Assembly (NCBI GenBank): GCA_963662625.1
Contig: OY759726.1
Coordinates: forward strand, 864,001 to 928,000
Source of the DNA: Nitrosopumilus sp.
Lineage (GTDB): Archaea; Thermoproteota; Nitrososphaeria; Nitrososphaerales; Nitrosopumilaceae
Reading direction: 5' to 3'
DNA length: 64,000 nucleotides
In this document: piece by piece, positions 57,867 through 64,000 of the stretch
Layout: each line of letters opens with the position of its first letter
Numbering within the stretch: the stretch's first letter is position 1
Position numbers and translations under genes: made by a program
The notes under the pieces: generated by a model
Told to the model about the DNA's origin: nothing
What the model saw: only the letters and a program-made list of their open reading frames with translations
The model's database searches: none

Positions 57867-58328
57867 TCAATTATATTTTAGCCGGTTTACGTCCAAGATT
57901 CTGGAGCAGTACCTGCATTTGAGCACCCTGCCTTCTCTGTCAACCACGTCCATCACCGACTCTATGTGTTCGGTGCTGTTTGTTATGCAGTCGGGGTTTG
58001 AGCACCTGAATATCCTTTCTATCTCGTTGGGCAGCGCCACCCTCCGCTTCTCTACCAGCTTGTAGTCCCTGATGATGTTTATCGTGGCCTTGGGCGCGAT
58101 GACAGCCAGCTTGTTCGTGTCATCGCCCTTTAGGAACCTGTTTTCCACCTTGATGATGTCTTTTTTCCTGAATTTTCCGCTGGGCACATTCAGCGCAATG
58201 GTGATGAGGCCCCCGTCCCCGCCGTCTATCTGCAGTGCGCTTAGGACCTGGAGGCCCTTCCCCTCGTCAATGTGGTCTATTACGGTACCGCCCCGGATGC
58301 GCCGGACCATGAGCTCTGACTGTTCCAT
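57867..58328 (-). CDS. pyrI: Aspartate carbamoyltransferase regulatory chain
   Basis: GTVIDHI, KDIIKVE, CSNPDCITN, CRYC. Confidence 0.96.
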   Translation of the reverse strand: MEQSELMVRRIRGGTVIDHIDEGKGLQVLSALQIDGGDGGLITIALNVPSGKFRKKDIIKVENRFLKGDDTNKLAVIAPKATINIIRDYKLVEKRRVALPNEIERIFRCSNPDCITNSTEHIESVMDVVDREGRVLKCRYCSRILDVNRLKYN

Positions 58329-58369
58329 TAGAATACTATGTATAAGCACCCGTATATATTACTGAAAGA

Positions 58370-59299
58370 ATGAATGAGTTCTACCAGAAGGACATCATAT
58401 CAATCAAGGACTTTGACAGGGACAAGCTTGAAAAAATATTTGCCTACACCGACAAGATCATGAAGATGGATCCTGCTGGCAGGCGCGAAATCTGCAAGGG
58501 GAAGACCCTCGGGTACCTGTTTTACGAGCCCAGCACGAGGACCAAGCTGAGCTTCGACTCCGCAATGGCGTCGGTAGGTGGCAATTCGCTAGGGATCTCT
58601 GACACCTCCTCGTCCTCCATACAGAAGGGCGAGAGCCTCGCAGACACGGTCAGGATGGTGTCTATCAACTCTGACGTGCTGGTACTGCGCCATCCGCTGG
58701 ACGGCTCCAGCCGGTTTGCCGCAGAGATTTCGCCAAAGCCCGTGATCAACGGGGCAAGCGGGACTGAGGAGCACCCGACACAAGCAATCCAGGACCTCTT
58801 TACCATCCGAAACGAGAAGAAAAAGATTGACGGGCTGAAGATCGGCATAGTCGGCGACCTGAAGTACGGCCGGACAGTCTACTCGCTTTTGTACGGCCTT
58901 GGAAACTACGACGTCGACATCCACCTGATCTCCCCCGAGTCGTTGCGGATCCGCTCGGACTCTGTCTACGAGATAAAGCAACGGCTTTCCTTCGACGAGT
59001 CGACAAACGTCGAGGACAACATCGACGACCTTGACGTGCTTTACGTGACCAGGATTCAAAAGGAGCGGTTTCCAGACGAGGAGGAGTACCTCAAGGTAAA
59101 GGGAAGCTACGTCGTGGGGATGGACCTGCTTCGTAAAATGAAGGAGGACTCGATCATACTGCACCCGCTGCCGAGGGTGGACGAGGTGTCTGCAGACGTG
59201 GATGCCACAAAGAATGCGAGGTACTTCGAGCAGGCCGAGTACGGAAAATTCACCCGCGCCGCGCTGCTTGGACTGACGCTCAACGAGGATGGGTTTTGA
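58370..59299 (+). CDS. pyrB: Aspartate carbamoyltransferase catalytic chain
   Basis: FYEPSTRT, KGESLADT, HPTQ, GDLKYGRTV, TRIQKER, HPLPR. Confidence 0.97.
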   Translation: MNEFYQKDIISIKDFDRDKLEKIFAYTDKIMKMDPAGRREICKGKTLGYLFYEPSTRTKLSFDSAMASVGGNSLGISDTSSSSIQKGESLADTVRMVSINSDVLVLRHPLDGSSRFAAEISPKPVINGASGTEEHPTQAIQDLFTIRNEKKKIDGLKIGIVGDLKYGRTVYSLLYGLGNYDVDIHLISPESLRIRSDSVYEIKQRLSFDESTNVEDNIDDLDVLYVTRIQKERFPDEEEYLKVKGSYVVGMDLLRKMKEDSIILHPLPRVDEVSADVDATKNARYFEQAEYGKFTRAALLGLTLNEDGF

Positions 59300-59347
59300 C
59301 CGGGATCTCGCATTCCATATATCCGGAGGCCCCGCGGTACCGGTAGA

Positions 59348-60058
59348 TTGAGCAAAAAGAGCACCCTCCCCATATTCCCGCTGGATCTGGTCCTGTTTCC
59401 GCGCCAGGAACTGCCGCTTCGAATATTCGAGCCGAGGTACAAGCAGCTTGTCGACGACTGCATGGTGGATGACGGGCAGTTTGGCGTGTGCCTAATCGAT
59501 CCCCACGACTTCATCAGGGGCTGGAACGCGCCAAAACCAGTAGGCACAGTCACAAAGATCACCCGGTGCAAGGACGTCGGGCTGGACGGGATGCAGCAGC
59601 ACATAGAGACGGTCGGGCGGAACAAGTTCAGGATAAGCAAGATCATCCCGCCATCCTTTGAGCAGCCGCGTGACTATGATCCATACACGATGGAGGGGCA
59701 CCAGGCCATCTCGGACCTGCATGAGAGCGCGGGCACCGGCGAAAAGATGTACATACGGGCAGAAGTCGAGATGGTTCCGGAGATTGACGAGAACGTCCCC
59801 GCATCCGGGTGGGAAGAGCTGGTGCGGCTGTGGAAGCGCAAGGTGGCCCGGCAGGCGCTCCCGCGGGTGGTGGAGCCCCGCGCGCTGGACCGCGTACTTG
59901 AGCAGTATTACCTTTCGACCGACACGCCGACGATCGACTACGTCTACTCGTTGTCCGCCCTCGGGGCGGCGGGGCCCGGCGATCTGCAGCCTATACTGGA
60001 GGCAGGTACGATGGACACGCTGCTCCAAAAAGTCAGGGAATTGATGACAGTAAAATAA
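59348..60058 (+). CDS. LON peptidase N-terminal (substrate-binding) domain protein
   Basis: LPIFPLDLVLFPRQELPLRIFEPRYKQLV. Confidence 0.88.
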   Translation: MSKKSTLPIFPLDLVLFPRQELPLRIFEPRYKQLVDDCMVDDGQFGVCLIDPHDFIRGWNAPKPVGTVTKITRCKDVGLDGMQQHIETVGRNKFRISKIIPPSFEQPRDYDPYTMEGHQAISDLHESAGTGEKMYIRAEVEMVPEIDENVPASGWEELVRLWKRKVARQALPRVVEPRALDRVLEQYYLSTDTPTIDYVYSLSALGAAGPGDLQPILEAGTMDTLLQKVRELMTVK

Positions 60059-60079
60059 CCCGTAAATCCATAGGAAGCG

Positions 60080-61453
60080 TTGGATGTCACAAAACTCGGG
60101 GCGGCCGCGATCGCTGCAGCGGTGTTGTTCCCCCTGGGAATGGCGTACGGCCACGGGTATGGGGTTGACACCATCCCGTCGGTCAGCCTGCAGGGAAAGG
60201 AGGCCACGATCACGGTAGAGCTCCCGATGTACTTTGACGAGCCGGGCGACAAGCAGATCACGATTACTGCCACGGATGACGATACCGGCGAGACGGTAAA
60301 AAACACCACGTACCTAGTGGGCCTCTTCCATGACGGCGAACTGGTATTCAGGGATTACTTCTCCGCAGCAGACGGGGTCCTGGCCGTCGACGCGAAGCAC
60401 TCCGAGGGAGGGGACGTCATGATCCGCGGCCAGCGAGACGAGTCGTCGGGGGCATGGTATGGGAGTGAGTCCGCGCCGCTTGAGATAACCGGCCCGATAT
60501 TCAGTTCCGGCGGCCTTTACACCTTCGAGATAGGGGTGGGGGGCGTCGACGACACTGCGGACACGGTAGGGGATCGGGGCACCCATTACGCGGACCTGAC
60601 GCTTGTGGGCACCACGGAATTCTTCCAGGAAGACTCCGGCGGGCAGGACGTGAAATTCAGGATGAAATCCTACTTTGACGAGACATCAAACTTTGAGTAC
60701 GATCCGGCGGCAAGCCAGGTCTCGTTTGGGATGCCGTTTGACTGGAGCGAAAAGAGGATGTCCCACGTCCCGGTCGTCCACGTGGAAGTGCACTTTCCAA
60801 AGGACTTTGCCGAGTTCCTCCACCCGGGATACGTCGGCCAGGTAAACGGGATAGACCTCTTCAAGGCGTCAGTGGTGATCGATGACTATACGGAGAGCGA
60901 CGAACGAATAGTCCACTTTGTGCTGCTGCAGGACCACCTCCAATTCTTGAAAAACCAGCAAAAGGCATCTGGGGAGCCGCTTCCCGGAACCATGGAATTC
61001 ACCCTGTCGGCAAGCGAGAAAATCTCGTTCCCGCTCACCGCGTTTACCAGAAGCGAGGACTTTCAGGTGGATCTCTCGTGGGATCCAGTGGAGATCGAGC
61101 CCGGCCAGAAGACCAACTTCATCTTCACAATCCGGGACGGTTCCACCGGGGATCCCATGCGGAACTCCGACTATACGTTCGTAATTTTGCAGAACGGGAA
61201 GGAAATACACAGGGCCTCCGGACAGGCCCAAGTGGGCGGCGACTTTGAGGCATACGAGTTTGCCGAAGGCCAGACGGGGCCCACGGTAATACGCTTTGAA
61301 AACATCAGAAACTCTGGCCAGGAGACCGAGTTTGGCCTGGTGGTCGTGCCCGAGTTTGGAAGCCTCGTGGCAGTCATGCTCGCAGCAGGCGTGGCAGGCA
61401 CAATCCTTCTTGGCAGGAGGCACGGGCTCCTCCCCCGTAGGAACTGCCTGTAG
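60080..61453 (+). CDS. PEFG-CTERM surface protein
   Basis: Signal peptide AYGHG; VVHVEVHFPK; VVVPEFG + TM + basic tail. Confidence 0.88.
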   Translation: MDVTKLGAAAIAAAVLFPLGMAYGHGYGVDTIPSVSLQGKEATITVELPMYFDEPGDKQITITATDDDTGETVKNTTYLVGLFHDGELVFRDYFSAADGVLAVDAKHSEGGDVMIRGQRDESSGAWYGSESAPLEITGPIFSSGGLYTFEIGVGGVDDTADTVGDRGTHYADLTLVGTTEFFQEDSGGQDVKFRMKSYFDETSNFEYDPAASQVSFGMPFDWSEKRMSHVPVVHVEVHFPKDFAEFLHPGYVGQVNGIDLFKASVVIDDYTESDERIVHFVLLQDHLQFLKNQQKASGEPLPGTMEFTLSASEKISFPLTAFTRSEDFQVDLSWDPVEIEPGQKTNFIFTIRDGSTGDPMRNSDYTFVILQNGKEIHRASGQAQVGGDFEAYEFAEGQTGPTVIRFENIRNSGQETEFGLVVVPEFGSLVAVMLAAGVAGTILLGRRHGLLPRRNCL

Positions 61454-61639
61454 CGCGGCCGGCTTCCGTCCCCGGCCGGCGTATGGCACCCTTCGAGTTT
61501 TTCCGACACAGGCAAGCTTGCCTTCCCCGCACGTTTTTTGGGATCTTCCGGCCTTGGGGGATCGCCTTACGTGACCAAAACCTGCCTCGGCCAGCAACCC
61601 CGGCCTTAGGACTCATGCTCCCCGCCGCAACCACATCGC

Positions 61640-61777
61640 CTAATGCCGGTGCTGCTGGATTTCCTGGATGTCCTGACAGCACTTGCATATGGTGGAGACT
61701 ACTAGCCTGCAACCTGAACACTGCTCGTATTTTTGTATGCGGCACCCGCAGATCCTGCAGAACTCATTCTTTAACAT
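61640..61777 (-). CDS. Small Cys-rich Zn-finger protein (45 aa)
   Basis: MLKNEFCRICGCRIQKYEQCSGCRLVVSTICKCCQDIQEIQQHRH (3' part of track ORF 61640..61975). Confidence 0.62.
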   Translation of the reverse strand: MLKNEFCRICGCRIQKYEQCSGCRLVVSTICKCCQDIQEIQQHRH

Positions 61778-61781
61778 GCCG

Positions 61782-62099
61782 CTATTCGCGGGAGGGGCCG
61801 CCCAAGACCGAGAGTATTGGCATCGCGTCCCACTGATACATGGAGTATTGCAGTATCCCGGAACATATCTTGTCGTACTCGTCGTAAAACTCTGCCGCTT
61901 CCCGCTCCGTTCCCTCAAACACCGCCATGCCCGTCGCATTGTCATTGAAGGCGCCGGACCACATAATCCTCCCACTGCCTTGCCACCCGTCCACCAGGCT
62001 CTGAATCTGGGGTGCTATCCTACCTAATTCCTCACGACTGGTGTCCTCCCTGAATACTGTAATTATGACCCACGGTGTAGCCTCCACTGCTTGGCTCAT
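61782..62099 (-). CDS. YciI/muconolactone-isomerase-like small protein
   Basis: GRIMWSGAF..NATGMAVFE...YQWDAMP. Confidence 0.7.
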   Translation of the reverse strand: MSQAVEATPWVIITVFREDTSREELGRIAPQIQSLVDGWQGSGRIMWSGAFNDNATGMAVFEGTEREAAEFYDEYDKICSGILQYSMYQWDAMPILSVLGGPSRE

Positions 62100-62484
62100 G
62101 CTGAAAAGCCGCGCTGTCTGCTATTAAAAATACCGAACAGTCCAAGACCATGCTCTATTCTTTCAAAACACATCCGGGTAACATGCCGAACCCGCTGCGG
62201 CATTTTGAAACAATTTTAGGGAACCATCGATGGATATAATAGATCTCAGCACACATTTTTCTCTGGTTGTTGCATGAGCCCCTTGCTGTATTACTTTCCA
62301 AGCATGCGACTGCCGACCAACACTGGCAAAACCATGGCCCGATACAGAACCGCGTGCTCTGACCCACCAAAGTTTCGCCGCTGGCATGATCCTCTGCCGC
62401 CATGGTTTTGCCAGATTTACTGTAACCGGCGCCGTGAAATACGGTTGTAATCCGTGACGCACATTTCGGCATGCGACTCACGCC

Positions 62485-62868
62485 CTAGAGCGCTACCAGT
62501 TTCACCGTATCCATGTTCTTGTTTGTTTGAAAATCCTTTGTTATTGTGGCGACCTTCTTTGCATCCCCGCTGATCACAAAGAGTTCCATGCATTTTTCCT
62601 GATCAAGCTTGCTGTGGAGATGGGTGGTGATCAGGTCCTCGAAGTTATGCGCAATCCCTGTGACTACGTGGTCAAACTCGTCTCCGTGCACCACCAGTAA
62701 TATCGCATGGATGTTTCCCGCTAGGTCTGATTTCTGTTTTTCCTCTGAGACAAAGGCCCTGATTCCGGCACGGATTGCTTCGGATCTTCCCGAGAACCCC
62801 AACGATGCCTGCAACCTGTCCAGCTCTGCAAGTATCTCATTGTTCAACGAAATCGAGACTATCGGCAT
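62485..62868 (-). CDS. NikR-like CopG/RHH metal-responsive regulator
   Basis: MPIVSISL...GFSGRSEAIR, THLHSKL, CMELFVISG. Confidence 0.9.
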   Translation of the reverse strand: MPIVSISLNNEILAELDRLQASLGFSGRSEAIRAGIRAFVSEEKQKSDLAGNIHAILLVVHGDEFDHVVTGIAHNFEDLITTHLHSKLDQEKCMELFVISGDAKKVATITKDFQTNKNMDTVKLVAL

Positions 62869-62876
62869 GGTGTTGT

Positions 62877-62942
62877 TGTTATTAATTCCCTTAAAAGTTT
62901 AGCAGGTAATATTATTAAACATAAACATATTTATTAATAACA
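62877..62942. promoter_or_regulatory. Candidate operator in the nikR-like/znuA divergent promoter
   Basis: TGTTATTAAT (62877-62886) ... ATTAATAACA (62933-62942) perfect 10-bp inverted repeat; internal TATTATTAA. Confidence 0.45.
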
Positions 62943-62958
62943 TTCCGTAATCTGGAGC

Positions 62959-64000
62959 GTGAATCGGCAGACAAAGATCGGAATAGCTGCAATAGCCGCG
63001 GTGGTTCTAGCGCTCTCAGTTATGCTGTGGACCTCCGACACGGAGCCAATTCCCCAAGACGCTTCGCCGAAGCTGCAGGCGCTGTCGTCGTTTTACCCGA
63101 TCAACGAGTTTGCGCAAGCGGTGGGGAAGGATCGTGCCGATATCGACCTCCTGACTCCGGGAGGCGCAGACCCACATGACTGGGAGCCGACCATCCAAGA
63201 CGCACAGCGCATGCAAAGCGCCGACCTGATAATAATTAACGGGCTGGATTTTGAGGCATGGGTAGACAACTTGGAGCAGACCGGCTACCCGGGAGCCATA
63301 GTAGACACCAGCGCCGGCATTGTAGCCAAGGATTTTGCCGAGCACGGCGACGATGAGCACGGCGACGATGAGCACGGCGACGATGAGCACGGCGACGATG
63401 AGCACGGCGACGATGAGCACGGCGACGATGAGCACGGCGACGATGAGCACGGCGACGATGAGCACGGCGACGATGAGCACGGCGACGATGAGCACGGCGA
63501 CGATGAGCACGGCGACGATGAGCACGGCGACGATGAGCACGGCGACGATGAGCACGGCGACGATGAGCACGGCGACGATGAGCACGGCCATGGGCACGGC
63601 TCCGGCGACCCGCACATCTGGCTGAATCCAACCCTTGCAAAGATCCAAGTTCAGAACATAGCCGACGCGTTCTCCACGTCCGATCCGCAGAACCGGGATT
63701 TTTACCAGGATAACGCCGCGGCATACATCTTGCAACTGGACTCGCTTGATTCAAAAATACGCGGAGAACTTTCAGGCTGCAACCGTGACTTTATTGCGTA
63801 CCATAATGCCTTCGCATACCTCGCAGACGAATACAACTTGGTTCAGCATACCGTAGTCCCCTCATCCGACCCACACGCCGAACCCACGGCCCAGAGGCTA
63901 GAGATGGTAATTGACAAAGCAAGAGAACTGGGTCTTTCTGTTGTCTTTACAGAGGAGGGGGTAGACCCACGGGTACCCCAAGTGGTCGCAGACGAGATAG
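62959..64000 (+). CDS. znuA: ZnuA-like metal ABC transporter substrate-binding protein (3'-partial; not in ORF track)
   Basis: GTG start; SSFYPI, GADPHDWEPT, INGLDFE.W, DPHIWLNP, YHNAFAYLADEY, EPT; open to the window end. Confidence 0.92.
   Translation, partial: MNRQTKIGIAAIAAVVLALSVMLWTSDTEPIPQDASPKLQALSSFYPINEFAQAVGKDRADIDLLTPGGADPHDWEPTIQDAQRMQSADLIIINGLDFEAWVDNLEQTGYPGAIVDTSAGIVAKDFAEHGDDEHGDDEHGDDEHGDDEHGDDEHGDDEHGDDEHGDDEHGDDEHGDDEHGDDEHGDDEHGDDEHGDDEHGDDEHGDDEHGHGHGSGDPHIWLNPTLAKIQVQNIADAFSTSDPQNRDFYQDNAAAYILQLDSLDSKIRGELSGCNRDFIAYHNAFAYLADEYNLVQHTVVPSSDPHAEPTAQRLEMVIDKARELGLSVVFTEEGVDPRVPQVVADEI
63340..63588 (+). repeat. Perfect 15-bp tandem repeat x16 (+ partial) encoding EHGDD
   Basis: gagcacggcgacgat repeated without mismatch over 63340-63579. 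Confidence 0.97.

Noticed and set aside
62155-62481. 108-aa and 99-aa minus-strand ORFs
   Set aside because: No recognisable motifs; cannot be supported as genes
63016-63754. ORFs with IVAVL, RRAHR, CSSSP or STATM repeats
   Set aside because: Alternative frames of the 15-bp repeat; the real frame is ZnuA (EHGDD)

Overview
Core-genome stretch of a high-GC ammonia-oxidising archaeon (Nitrososphaerota/Thaumarchaeota, Nitrosopumilaceae-like). The assignment rests on PEFG-CTERM proteins, an Amt, a split A/V-ATPase operon (C, I, K), egsA, proteasome beta, aCPSF1, SepF, the archaeal CoA pathway, pyrBI and pyrH. The DUF285/BspA repeats and IS debris hint at a host-associated lineage (inference). An accessory island at about 27.4-36.6 kb carries a three-gene operon: a Ddl-like ATP-grasp ligase fused to an apparently inactivated M20 domain, a gamma-glutamyltransferase and an N-formylglutamate amidohydrolase. 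This is the best candidate for an undescribed system. The island also holds a CorA with an extra 4-TM N-terminus, a truncated BspA/DUF285 repeat gene and three IS remnants. Other notable points: a tRNA-Arg(CCT) with a D-loop intron, six probable microproteins not called as such in the ORF track, a ZnuA with 16 perfect EHGDD repeats, and pseudogenes that appear to decay by AT->GC transitions. All calls come from reading motifs by eye; no database searches were run.
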